NCBI GenBank assembly: GCA_965112155.1
Contig: OZ218112.1
Length of the DNA: 64,000 nucleotides
Reading direction: 5' to 3' (one strand)
Origin: Podarcis liolepis
Lineage: Eukaryota
In this document: positions 52,427-64,000 of the stretch, piece by piece
Layout of the letters: every line of letters begins with the position of its first letter
How positions within the stretch are numbered: the stretch's first letter is position 1
Notes under the pieces: model-generated
Told to the model about the DNA's origin: nothing
What the model saw: the letters and a program-made list of their open reading frames with translations, nothing else
Databases searched by the model: none
Program-made: the position numbers and the translations under genes

Positions 52427-53324
52427 CAGTGGTACCCCGCAAGACAAACGCCTCGCAAGACAGAAAACCCGCTAGACGAAAGGGTTTTCCGTTTTGGAGG
52501 CGCTTCGCAAAACGAATTTCCCTATGGGCTTGCTTCGCAAGACGACAGCCCATAGGGAAATCTCCGGAACAGCGGGGAAGCGCAGCGCATCTTCCCCACT
52601 GACCTCAGACCTCCTCCCGCCGCCCGGCTTCGGAATGAATCTCTGATGCCGGGCGGGGGGGACGACGCCTCCTCCCGCCGCCCGGCATCGGAACGAATCT
52701 CCGATGCCGGGCAGCGGGGCAGGAACGCCTCCTCCCGCAGCCCGGCATCGGAACGAAGCTCCGATGCCGGGCGGGGGGGGAACGCCTCCTCCCGCCGCCC
52801 GGCATCGGAACGAAGCTCCGATGCCGGGGGGGGGGACGCCTTCTCCCGCCGCCCGGCATCGGAACGAAGCTCCGATGCCGGGGGGGGGGGACGCCTCCTC
52901 CCGCCACCCGGCATCAGAACGAAGCTCCGATGCTGGGCGGGGGGGGCGCCTCCTCCCGCCGCCCAGCTTCGGATGGCTTTCCTGAAGACTTGGGGTGGGA
53001 GGAGGGTTTTCCTTCCCACCGCCAACATTCAGAATGCTGTTCTGAATGTTGGCGGTGGGGAGGAAAAACCCTCCTCCCACGCAAGCCCCGGGAACAGAGG
53101 GAAAGTGCTGCGCGCCTTCCCCTCTGTTCCCGTACCTGTCCTGAAGGCTTGCGGTGGGGAGAAAAGCCCTTCTCCGCACCGCCAGCCTGGCAAGCGGTTT
53201 CCCTAGGAACGCATTAATTGATTTTCAATGCATTCCTATGGGAAACCGTGCTTCGCAAGACGAAAAGCTCGCAAGAAGAAAAAACTTGCGGAACCAATTA
53301 ATTTCGTCTTGCGAGGCACCACTG
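52427..53324. mobile_element. Tc1/mariner-type MITE, 898 bp, with an internal ~55-60-bp hairpin minisatellite
   Basis: TA|cagtggtaccccgcaagac...gtcttgcgaggcaccactg|TA. Confidence 0.9.
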
Positions 53325-53326
53325 TA

Positions 53327-53618
53327 CAGTGGTGCCTCGCAAGACGAAATTAATCCGTTCCGCGAGTCTCTTCGTCTTGCGAAGCACGGCTATTAGTGGC
53401 TTAGCGGCCATTAGCGGCATAGCGGCTATTAACGGCTTAGCGGCTATTAACGGCTTAGCGGCTTTAAGAAAAAGGAAACAAACTCACAAGAACTCGCAAG
53501 ACGTTTCGTCTTGCGAAGCAAGCCCATAGGGAAATTCGTCTTGCTGAATGACTCAAAAAACAGAAAACTCTTGCGCGTTTTTCATCTTGCGAGGCATTCA
53601 TCTTGCGAGGTACCACTG
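53327..53618. mobile_element. Related Tc1/mariner-type MITE, 292 bp, in opposite orientation and sharing the TA
   Basis: TA|cagtggtgcctcgcaagac...tcttgcgaggtaccactg|TA; short (ttagcggcta-type) internal repeats. Confidence 0.9.
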
Positions 53619-54038
53619 TAGTTGCTTTGGAAAATAATCATCAGGCATCTGCACAACAAGACCAATCCAACGAAGTTGATGTTGAAGAATCATTGCTTCA
53701 ACACTGGTGATCTTTGCTTCTTCCAATACACTGATATTAGTTCACCTGTTTTCCCAAACGACGTGTAAAATTTTTTGGAGACACCGTTGATGGGATCTTT
53801 GGAGGAGTTGGAGATGGTGTTGATAAGTGGTCCATGTTTCACAAGCATACAGTAAGGTTGTTAGTACAATAGCTTGTAAACAAGCATTTTGGTTTCCCTG
53901 TGAATGTCCTGGTCTTCAAACACTCTGCACTTCAATTGGGAGAAAGCCGCACTCGCAGAGCTCAGGCGATGCTGGATTTCAGCATCAATGTTGGCCCTTG
54001 CCAGACCACCACAAACAACAAGTGAGCAATAACAAGCT

Positions 54039-55017
54039 CCCAGCTTCACAGAGCCGGACTCTACACCTGCCAAGGTGACCCACGGGCACCAGACCCCTCA
54101 CTCCAACATGCACAGACCAAAGCGCCCTAACAGGGAGGCCTACATTGCGCGGGGTACACCAGGCATGGACAGAAGGGGTGGGGGGAGCTTTCTTTGAAAT
54201 CCAATTGAGAGGCGATGCAATTGACTGAAGGAAGCCCTGTTCTCAGTAGCCACCTGTCCCCCCAAATAACAGCTCAGCGAGGACCCTTGTGGTTCTATCC
54301 AGGGGCTTATTGCTGACGTTCTCAGAACAGCCACGAGGGGGGGAGAGCAGCACAGGGACTCAGAAAGAAGTGCACTGCCGAATTTAGTCTTTGTATGGTA
54401 GAGGTCCCTGCATACAACTTTGGCCCAAACAGACTGGGCGGGTGGGGTGGGGGGGCCTTGCAGCCAAAGCAGGTCAAGTCCAGAAGCAGAAAGGTAGCAA
54501 ACAAGACAAAAAGGACAAAGCGTCAGCATTGCTCCTGAAGGGTCCAGACTTCCGGAAGCTTCCAACACTCCATCCGGGAACTCATCATCAAATCCTGCCC
54601 CAAAAACCCAAACCGAGGCCTGAAGGTTGAGGTTGAGGGCTGGTCCTGGAGCAGCATCCTTGAGAATCCGCTAGGAAGATGGTGAGAATGTAGGAAACAG
54701 CCTTATCCTGAGCCAGGCCACTGGTCCACCCTGACTGGCAGCAGCTCTCAGGTTTCAGGCAAGGGTTTCTCCCAGACCCACCATGAGATGGTTAAGAATT
54801 GAACCCTGGACCTTCTCCAGGCAAAGAGGACTCTGTGCCACCAAGCAGTGGACCTCCAGCAGGAATTCACAACAAGCTCAAATGGAAGCTGCTGGCCTTC
54901 TGAGCTCTGAAACAAGTTCAGGTTATGGAGCTCTCTGTGTTGTCTCCAGGACCGGCTAAGCTTTCACTGAAGCTCTGGAGTCCTCCAGTGCAGAAGAGAG
55001 GGAAGGGGAAGAAGAGC
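54039..55017 (-). repeat. Downstream copy of the inverted duplication (partner 29406-30338)
   Basis: About a dozen point differences counted by eye, plus 50 extra nt (54931-54980) bounded by tggag direct repeats. Confidence 0.95.
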
Positions 55018-55962
55018 CAGGCCACTGGGTGGATCTGGGTCATTGCCAGTTCCTACTCCAGCTATTGGGGACCTTCTGCATGCAAAGCAGCTGCTCTGCC
55101 ATTGAGCTCTGACGCTTCTCTTTAGATGCTACAATCACCAGCTCTGAGAATTGTTCAGTCGCTTTGGAGGGCAGGAGGAGTGAACAATATTGAGGTGCTT
55201 CCCCCTCCCCTGGCTTGATATTCTGTATCCTCTAACTGTACTTCTCTTGGAGGTTTGTGTGTGTTCGTCTATTTTTCTCACAAGGCGTTCCAGTCCCTGG
55301 TGTGTACTCAATTTGTACCTAATAATAACAGCCCTTCCAGGTTTCACCCATCTGGCAGCCAATGAAAATAGCCCAGCTTCTTCAACCAGAAATGTGCTAA
55401 ACAGTCTAATATTAACAAACTGTGAAAGAGCAAAGCATTTTGGAGCTAGATTTTTACAACACTTGCAGAGCTCTCTGCGTATTGTGAAGTTGTCCTTATT
55501 TAATGCAAGCTGCCTTGAGAAGCCTGCGTAGTCTTGAAAGGTTGCTTAGAAGTGTGTGGAGCAAATATAAGCACATTTCCCGAACTCCTTTTGTGTGGAT
55601 GCTACCTATGGAGAAACTTCAGAGAAGTTCTTTGCTTCTGCTCTTCTGTTCCCAATGGGAAGCCAGGCTGTAGTTTTGCAACTGAACCTCTGCTTTGCAT
55701 GCAGAAGGTTCCTGGTGCAACCCCCAGCATCTCCAGTGTCCCGTCTGAAACTCTAGTAAGCTGCTGCCAACCAGTGTAAGTAACACCACTCTAGATAGAC
55801 TCATGTTCTGCGTCTATATAAGGCAGCTTCCTGCACTCCAGAATCTTTTTTTTCTTTTTTTTTACAAAAGCAAGCATTATTCTGCCAAATATTCATGCAT
55901 GTGCAGAGGTGCTGCTGGCTCAGGGAGACCCAAGTTCCTCCAACCCCATTCAGACCCCAAAG

Positions 55963-56256
55963 CAGTGGTTCTTCAAGGTTGCGGCATGTCACCCTGGTGT
56001 GGTAGCAGAGGATAGCGAGTGTAGCAGGAAGATTCAAGGACAATCAAAGAATCATTTAAACATTTCTGTGTAATATAGAACAGTATAGTATCTATCCATC
56101 TATCATTTGCAGAATACGGGTAGAAATATTTTCAAGATGAGAGCAACAGCATCAAGTGATACTGAGAGCCAGAGCATCAAGGGATAAATTTCTCAAGTCC
56201 CGAGCAAATTTTTATTCTGAAAGTGTGGCCCAGAGAAAAAAGCTTGAGGACCAGTG
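55963..56256. mobile_element. hAT MITE related to 7266-7942
   Basis: cagtggttcttcaag...cttgaggaccagtg; TSD ccccaaag / ccctaaag; shares the tggcccagag.aaa.agcttgag end. Confidence 0.7.
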
Positions 56257-57014
56257 CCCTAAAGGCCTGCAATCAATGTGCCGAAGCTAAGCAGGTGTAA
56301 ATTTGGTCAGTGTCTGGATGGGAGACTGTTTTGCAAGCACACATATGCTGCCTTGCATTCCATGATAGAAGAAAGAAAAGTGGGGGGAAATGGGTGTGTG
56401 TGTGATACAATGCTCAGCTTCTGACTTGATGCACCTTTCATATGACAAGGGAGCTCTTCAAATGTTCTGCCATGACTGCTTCAGCAACCCTCTCCTGTCC
56501 CCTCATTCATTCATTCATTCATTCATTCATTCATTATTTTTTTGGCAACTTCTCCATGACTCTTCTGATTTTCTCTGAGGCAGAAGGGCCCAGTGGTGTC
56601 TTATTCTGAGAGTAGACTGTTTCCCACTGTTTAGAGGTGGCCTGTGCATTTTCCCTGACATGGGATCCTCCTCTTGCCATCCCAATGAAATGGAGAATTT
56701 CCACGCCAGCAGGCAGGTGTTCCCAGGAGCCTCTGCCACACATGTCAAGGGACTCCCTACGTGAGGGGGGTTGGCAGTAGCTAAGCTTTTCCACTGAGCA
56801 TGGAGAGCCCTACCTCCCATGTGAGTAATGTGGTCCACCAGCCCTGAGGCAAACTTGGATGGGGATTGACAGACTATTTCTGATGCAGTTGCCATAGCAA
56901 CTGTGATGCTCAGAAGCTAGTGGTTCAGCCAACCTTCTGCTGGGGTGCTACTCTCCTTCCCCATTTCTGCAGATATTGAGATGAGGGGGCATCCCCCCCC
57001 CCCACGGTGTGTGT

Positions 57015-57720
57015 CAATCTGCAAATGCTGTTGGCATCCGTCTATCCTGAGAGACAATAGGGTGAAGTCAAACTCAAACCGCTGTGTTCGCTGCACCAAA
57101 GTGATCACCTCAAGGCACAAGCCTGGGCAGTGTGAATGGAGGTCCTGAGTTGCCCAGACAACAAGACCACCACACACACACCCCTTTGGCCTCACTGATG
57201 TTGTCCAAAGGAAGGAGGAGCAATACATTTGGCGCCAGCCTGGGTGCAAGAGTTGCCAGAAGGAGGTATACAAGGTGTCATCCAACCACCTTAGGGACTT
57301 TGGATTTGTGTAGGGTTTACTCCTGAGCATTTTCTTCTCCCAAAGATATCCTGCAAGGCAACGGAGGTTTAGGATCAGAGTTTTCCTTCTCTTAGATGGG
57401 CTCCCTTCCCAGGTGGACAAGCCCCACCTGCCCCTCACTTCTCTCTACAACACATGCAGAAACCACCTTCTTGACCTTTGGACTCGGTCTTGTTTGTTCC
57501 ATCCAATCTGCCTTCACATGTCCCTAACTCACCAAGGGTTTGAGACCCATCGGCTACCTGGTTTAGCTGGCCAGTCGAAGCTGTTTCCTGGGATGTGGCC
57601 GCTGTCTCATGCTGACAGCTTCTAGGAGCCCCAGGTGAGAGAAGAGTGCAGGCTGGGGACCAAAGGTGAACAAACTACCCCAAAAGGAGCACAATGTGTC
57701 CCCCACCAGAGGTAGTACCC
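57015..57720 (-). mobile_element. Probable RTE-derived non-autonomous element (5'UTR-type sequence)
   Basis: gagttttccttctcttagatgggctcccttcccaggtggacaagccccacctgccc resembles, from memory, the conserved antisense RTE 5'UTR motif; boundaries approximate. Confidence 0.45.
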
Positions 57721-58016
57721 CTTCCCTTTACACTCCATACACCCCATGCACAATCTTCATATACAAGATCACTTAACAGTTAGCCTTAACAACCTTTTAA
57801 CAGCCTCACAGTCAATATGGCAATTTAAGAGTGGTGAACACATTGGTTTTTTTCCTGTCTCTTCAAGGTGTCTTTGTGACTAGACAGGGAATTTTAATGT
57901 GTAATCATGACTAAGATCCTAAAATGCTTATTTTTGGAGCAATGAGCATGCAGGGCAAGGGCTTGGGGCAGGTGTTTCTATCCCGCAGATTCTTCCAGGC
58001 CCGCTTTCTATACCGG

Positions 58017-58048
<32 letters not shown>

Positions 58049-58774
58049 AGCTGCAGAATCCCACGGTCACCTTGCTCTCAAAGGCACAATGACTGTGCTA
58101 TTTCTTCCCCTGCAGTCCATGGAGATGCAGGACAGACAAAAGAGAGCACTTCTTCACAAAGAGCACCGTTAAACTGTGGAATTTGCTCCCACAAAAGGGA
58201 CCGGTGGCCACCAAAGTGGACAGCTTTAAAAGAGGGTGAGACAAATTCACAGAGGAAGTGGATTAGGCTGTCAATGGCCACCAGATACACAATGGCTTTG
58301 TTCTCCCTCCACTATCAGAATTAATGTGCCTCTGAATGTCAGTTGCTGGGAATCACAAATGGGTGGGGAGAGCTGTGGAGCTCAGACTCTGCTTGCAGGC
58401 TTCCCATTAGGGCATCTGGTTGGGGGGCTGGATGAGGCCTTGGCCTGACCCAGCAGGCTCTTCTTATGAAACACCAGGTTCCATGTCTGCTTGTCGCTAC
58501 AAGAGTTTTCTTAGGATAGAGTTAGGAGCGTTAAACTCCACTGGGATTGTCAGCAGCTCATTTTGACACAGACACTATGGAATCTGACTCCCCCACCCCC
58601 TGGCAGAGCAGATGTCCCTTTAGCAGAAATTATTATTATTATTATTTCTTGAATTTGTAGGCCACCCTTGATCTGTAGATCTCAGGTTGGTTCACAACAT
58701 AAAATCACAATACATACACATGAAATACATAATAAAAATAAGAACACAAACAAACCAATAATCCCTGCTCCCAC

Positions 58775-58817
<43 letters not shown>

Positions 58818-59214
58818 TATTGAATTTGTATACCGCCCTGCACTTGTAGGTCTCAGCAGTTCACAAGATAAAATCACAATATAAAAACATAAAATACACA
58901 ATAAAAATAAGAGCAAGAGCAACCCAATACCACCCCAACACATTTTAAAGGGGCATTGGATGTCAGTCAGCCAAAGGCCTGGCTAAAGAGGAACGTTTGC
59001 GCCTGGTGCTAATGAGCAGTTTGAAAGTTCTATGGCTCTAAGTGAATAAGTGGGTGAGTGTTTTCCCCCCAGTAGATGAACCCCTCTACCTGACTTGGAG
59101 AAATTCTCACCTGTCGGATTTCTGCTTGCCCTTTGGCTGTTAAAAAGACACAGGACTCCAACCAGGATACAGGGCCTGGCACCTCCTTTTGTGGTCTAGC
59201 ATTGAATCCACTGC

Positions 59215-59800
59215 TTTATTATTTTATTTTATTTATTTTACAATAATTGCCACTTAATCAACAAAAAAACTCTCAGCAGTGCACATTAAAAAATAAAAGT
59301 AAAATCAACCATTGGAAAATTGACACAAGAATTTAATCCAAATATAAATAAAACCAGCAGTTTTAAAACAAATATACATCATAAGATTACCTGTCTGGAT
59401 AGGCTTGCCTGAATAAAAATGCTTCTTAGGAGGTACTGAAAGCAATACAGTGAAGGCACCTGACTGGCTTCAGTTGGTGGCAAGTTTTGGATACGTTGGT
59501 TCTGCTACACTGAAAGGGTTAGTTCTTGAATCAAACGTCATGTGGCACTTGGGAAAAAGTGCCCGTTGCACAGATCAAAGTACTCAAGTTGGTATATATG
59601 AATTAAGGCGATCCTTCAAGTCAGCTGGTCCCAACCTGTTGAGGCCTTTATATGATAATGGTAAAACCTTTAATTTGGCCCTGTAACAGATAGGGAGCTG
59701 GTGCAGATCTCTGAACAATGGAGTTATATATTGACTGGGTCTCACTCTTGTCATCAATTTTGGTGCAGCATTCTACTACATGGCAGTAACCCAACCTTGA
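59215..59800 (-). mobile_element. Decayed L2-like LINE 3' fragment (similar piece ~17570-17880)
   Basis: (TTTA)n tail, then aggcttgcctgaataaaaatg...tgaaggcacctg...ggcgatccttcaag...gggagctggtgcag; boundaries approximate. Confidence 0.45.
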
Positions 59801-60141
59801 AGTCACCAGTGTTTGGACTACTGTGGTCTAGCACAACAGAGCTGGCAGGGAATGATGTAGTCTGAAATGTCTGCCAGGAAAAACAGGTTGATGAAGGCAG
59901 GATCAGGCCATACTGGGTAAGTCTGTGGCTAAAATTTATATGATGTTTGTTACTCACATGTTAGTTGGAAGCATTCTTTGCATGCTCCCTTTTGTTCTGG
60001 AGAAAAATTAGCCATGAGGCCCTGATCTGGAACATGCTCCCAATCCATATCAGGCTTCTGAACCACTTTTCTGCTCCTAGGTTCCTTTAGTCCCCGGAGG
60101 TGCTGTTGACAGGGAAAAGCACCTTCAGGGGCAAAATAGGC

Positions 60142-60663
60142 CAGTGTTTCCCAAACTTTTTTGGGCAACGGCACACCTGTCTACTGAAAAAAAATCTCGC
60201 GGCACACCACCATTAAAGCCCCGCCCCGTGACGTCAGCGCGCAGCGTCACGCCGGGAGGGACGCACGAAAGTGAAAGTTTTTTCCCTCCCCCCTCAGTCC
60301 CTCGCTCGGAATTCAGCTCGTTTGGGGCATCGCTCCGGCTGCTCCCTCTCCCGCCGCGCAGGAGCGATGCCTCTCTCTGGCTCTCCCTCCGCGCAGGCTG
60401 AGGGAGGGAGGGAGGTGCGCGTGTGACCCGTCTCTGCTGGGAGACCAAACCCAGCGAGGCAGAGTCGCGCGGAGGCGCCCAGGCAGCGCTGCCGGCTGCG
60501 AGGAGGAGCGCCAGGCAGCAGCAGGAGGCGCGGCCTCTCCTCGCCGCCGCCGCCCCGCCTCTCGCCGCCCGACTCGCCCGCCTCCCTCCAGGCATCTCGC
60601 GGCACACGAGGCAACGTCTCACGGCACACTCGTGTGCCGCGGAACACCGGTTGGGAAACACTG
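60142..60663. mobile_element. Young CpG-rich hAT MITE, 522 bp
   Basis: cagtgtttcccaa...ttgggaaacactg TIRs; perfect 8-bp TSD aaataggc; repeated cggcacac subterminal motifs. Confidence 0.9.
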
Positions 60664-60865
60664 AAATAGGCAATATTCTGGATGGGAAGCACCATTACTT
60701 CTCCAAAGTGGAAGCAGCCAATTAAAGCACATTTGTTTCAAGCACAAGACTCACACCACATGTTGTTTGGGCCTCCTACATTCATATTTAGGAAGGGACA
60801 GTACCTTAGTGGTAAATGCACAGCAAACCTCACAGGGTTGTTGTGGGGATAAAATGAGGTTGTGG

Positions 60866-61576
60866 TGTGATAGGAATTTTATGGTCTTAGATATATTGTA
60901 ATGTTCATAAGTGTACCAGCCAAGCACATATATAGATCAGCACAGGAAGGCCAACCTGGAACCTTTTTGATTCCTAAACTGAGTAAATGTTTTCTCTGCA
61001 AGGTCAAAGTGGGAAACCTCCCCATTGTCTCTTTCCTCACAAATCCTGTCTTAAGGACACATTTAAGATATGAATAGGGTGTGAGCCTGTGACCTGGCCC
61101 AGGAACTAAGTATTTATCACTACAAAAGAATGGCCAGGCTCCCCAGGCAATCCAATCAAGTAACCTGCCAGACAGGAGATAACAACAGGAGAAAACCAAT
61201 ATTCAAATTTCTGTTTTAGACTGCCTTTTCTGTGATGTAGGTGTGATGTATCTTGAGGGGTGGTCTTAGGTTACACCCCTTCTGTGATGTATGTATGATG
61301 TTTCTGGGGGTGGTCTTGATCTACAGGGTGGCAATTTCAAAAGTCCATATAAGGCCTTGCGCGCCATTGTTCTGGGTTCCTCCTCCTCCTGCGTTGTGGT
61401 GAGTGAGGACCCTGTTGCAACAGATCAATAAAGACCAGGCTTACTAGCTGCTTTGCTTCTCAATATTCTCTGGTTGGCCTCTGTTATTCTCTCCTACCAA
61501 TAGGGAACCTATGTAAGGACTCTATATGGGCTCTTGGATACCCTATAAGGGAAAAGGGCAATTTTTGTTTACAACA
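60866..61576 (+). mobile_element. Solo LTR (711 bp, ERV1-like 4-bp TSD) inserted into a SINE tail
   Basis: gtgg|TGT...ACA|gtgg; TATAA at 61348; AATAAA at 61427. Confidence 0.8.
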
Positions 61577-63039
61577 GTGGGACCATGGACACAATCTCAA
61601 GCTTCTTGGAGGAACGTGGTGGAATATAAAGCCAATTAATCGATTAATAATAATGTTACCCTCCACCCCACTGCTGTGTGGCACCCACATCCAAACCATT
61701 CCCTGCCCCCAGCAGCCCTAGCCTGAACCAGCCTCCCACCTAAGAGTCCAGTGAGGGTACTTCTCCAAAGAGTTAGTGTGCGTGTTTTGGGGAGTGGGTT
61801 TACGGACTCAGTTCTCCAGGCAGCGGCTGCACCAAAACCCATTTCTTTGCCGCTTAGATGCAATTAGAGACATTTAGATAACAAACTGCTGCATTAAATT
61901 TAATTATCCCAGCAGTAATTGGTTGCACTGAGAGGATGCTAAGCCCAGCACAGAGGGCAACTAATTAACCAGCGGAGCCGGGGGGGCGGGGGCGGGGGCT
62001 GAGCCTGAACCCGATCAAGATACCACCACCCAGGTCGCCTTCTGCATCTGACCTGCTGACCTAACTACAGCCACGGCTCTGCCCTCTGCAGGAACTGGTT
62101 TTCTCCCCAGAGCCTTCCAGTGCAGGAATAGGGGCAGAAGTCATCTAAAAAGAGGTCATCTGAGCATGCGAAGAGAACCTCTCTCTCACGACAGAAACAC
62201 TTCAGTGGTTCTTCACTCTTGAGGAATTGGGTGGGGATGCCTTCCAGGTCCGAGGCCGTGGATTCCAGGAGAAGTTATGCTCTGCACTTTCTATTAAAAA
62301 AAAAAAGCAATTGAAGCAGCGACTAATTTCTTTTTTGTATTTTAAAAAAAATGTGTCAGGGCTTAGGCATAGTAATTTCCTGGACGTAGCTAGGATTTGC
62401 CCATCGGAAACAGTGTCCTGGTGAAAATCACTGAAATGTCTGGGAAAATCCAGACATATGGCAACCCATGTAGGAAGTGTAGGCTATGGTGAATTTTCTT
62501 TAAAATAGCTCAAAAACTTGTGTGCGGATTTTCACTATTTGAAATATGGCAAGCCTATCTAGTAGGGTCCCTTCAAAGACTCACCGTCTAGTCCTAGGCA
62601 CCAGGTGCGGAGCTACACATCCTGTGCATGCCCAGAGTTTCTCTTATTTACCTATTCCGGCCCAGGGAATAGGTAAATAAGAGGAACACCATGCCACAGA
62701 CAAGAAAATGCCTCACAAGGATTGGTATGTAACAGCTTATTATCCCCTTTCCTGGGGTCAGTGTGGGGCTTCCAGTTCTCTCTGACCCTCTGCAGCCCTG
62801 CCCACAGAAGCCTTGGCTCCTGCTCCCCACTTTTGACAAGCCTTGCAACAGCTGGGCTGCAGCTTCCTTGGTTGCCCTGCATGACTTTGCAACAGATCGA
62901 GCGCTTCTGCTGAATGCAGACTGCCTCCAGTGCAGACCTTTAGGTGCTGTTGCGCAACTTCCAGCTGGAGGTCTGGAATGGGCTCTGGCTGGAGTGCAGC
63001 CGTGCTAAGCCTGCTCCAGGCAGCTGCTCATATATATAT

Positions 63040-64000
63040 TTTTTTAAAAAATAATATTTATTAAATTTCCAACAAATTAAATACAACACTACAAAAAAGC
63101 CAAAAAAGAAAAAAGCATACAATACAATACAATACATAATAAAAAAGAAATATAATAAAAGAAACAAACAAGACAAAACAACACAAAAACCATTTAAAAT
63201 TTCAATTTCAACATCTTATCTTTCCTTCCCTTATTTCCTCGACCTCTTCACACCTCCCTTTTTGTATTCCACTTCTATTGATTGTTTCAGCAATTCCTTT
63301 CCATCTTCCTCTGTTTTCTATCCTATAATTGTCTTAACACATTCTAACCATATTTTTCCCTTTAAAGCTCAATTAATCTATTTATACTTAATTCCCATCC
63401 CTATCCATCTTCCCCTATTTTCTATCCTATAATTATCTTAACACATTTTAACCTTATTTTCCTTTAATACGCTATTAATCTATTTATACTTAATTCCTTA
63501 TAACATTTCTACTGAAGCCATATAACTTCATTCCAACGTTCTTCTAACATTCATTAATTTTACAATATTTCTATAAATAATCTTTAAACTTTTCCCAGTC
63601 TTCTTCCACCAACTCTTCTCCCTGGTCTCGGATCTTGCCAGTCTTTTCCGCCAATTCTATCTAGTCCATCAACTTCTTCTGCCATTATCCAATACTTCTG
63701 TGCTTCCAGGAGACAACCATTCTCTCAGCCAGCAAAGAGCAGATGATTCACAACAAAGTTTAGGGGTCTGGCAGGGCAGGTCCACCTCCTTCTTTAGCAT
63801 CCGTCAATATCTTAAGTTTTACTCGAGGCTTCCTGCCCTGCCAAACAACTCCAAAAACATCCCTCTGCCACCTCCTGATACAATCCATCCCATCCAAAAC
63901 TTGCACTATTTGAAACAAAAGCAACATCCCCGGCATCACAGCAACCCTCAACCCTACCACAATGACTCGGCCCAACAATAGCAACTTCAGATTTATCCAT
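63040..64000 (-). mobile_element. L1-clade LINE fragment: ORF2 internal piece joined to the ORF2 C-terminus and 3'UTR
   Basis: Minus strand ...LFQ...VWQGRKPRVKLKILTDAKEGGG.ALPD, then WQKKLMD*IELAEKTGKIRDQGEELVEEDWEKFKDYL; AATAAA/poly(A) near 63040-63063; ~104-bp tandem duplication in the 3'UTR (63301-63497). Confidence 0.85.

Larger units (their letters stand above)
52021..54000 (-). mobile_element. 5'-truncated RTE-clade LINE split by two MITEs (LINE parts 52021-52426 and 53619-54000)
   Basis: Minus strand encodes ANIDAEIQHRLSSASAAF...MPDDYFPKQL|LYSELKNGKRNAGGQQKRFKD...WETLA; (GAA)n-like tail; possible TSD ccagttaccacc / ccagaccacc. Confidence 0.85.

Noticed and set aside
52609-52973. CRISPR-like array of palindromic repeats
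   Set aside because: No unique spacers, no cas genes, eukaryotic context, and it lies inside TA-flanked TIRs.
52021-55017. RTE reverse-transcriptase template switch onto NLGN3 pre-mRNA as the origin of the duplication
   Set aside because: The orientation fits, but a candidate TSD (ccagttaccacc at 52009-52020; ccagaccacc at 54001-54010) flanks the RTE alone, no TSD flanks the whole unit, and the frameshifted RTE looks older than the ~1% divergent duplicate. Not fully excluded.
60142-60663. CpG-island promoter
   Set aside because: The CpG-rich stretch is bounded exactly by hAT TIRs and an 8-bp TSD; the same applies to 14480-14761 and to the TA-flanked 15147-15751.

Overview
This is vertebrate genomic DNA; the repeat content (tRNA-Lys/CR1-tailed SINE, squamate-type SINEs, CR1, L2, RTE, L1, Penelope, hAT and Tc1/pogo MITEs) points to a squamate, most likely a lacertid lizard. 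The window holds the complete coding region of neuroligin-3 (NLGN3) on the + strand. It has 7 coding exons, including both alternative splice-site-A exons: 18324-18804, 20067-20126, 27184-27246, 31126-31275, 34136-34321, 44806-45595 and 46976-47822. All are GT-AG and phase-compatible, giving 2577 nt or 858 aa with A1+A2. A likely poly(A) signal lies at 49926. No other protein-coding gene is supported. The non-coding observations most worth following up are: (1) a ~0.95-kb, ~99%-identical inverted duplication of an NLGN3 intron segment placed downstream of the gene, so the two copies bracket the last four exons; (2) a TSD-flanked Penelope-derived 86-bp perfect hairpin carrying a minimal hammerhead ribozyme core; (3) a 5' leader in which one in-frame TGA separates a strong-Kozak uORF and a long open frame from the NLGN3 CDS; (4) four near-perfect RFX X-boxes; (5) nested or compound transposon structures; and (6) a solo LTR with a splice donor. 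Repeat family names come from recalled motifs, not from a database search.
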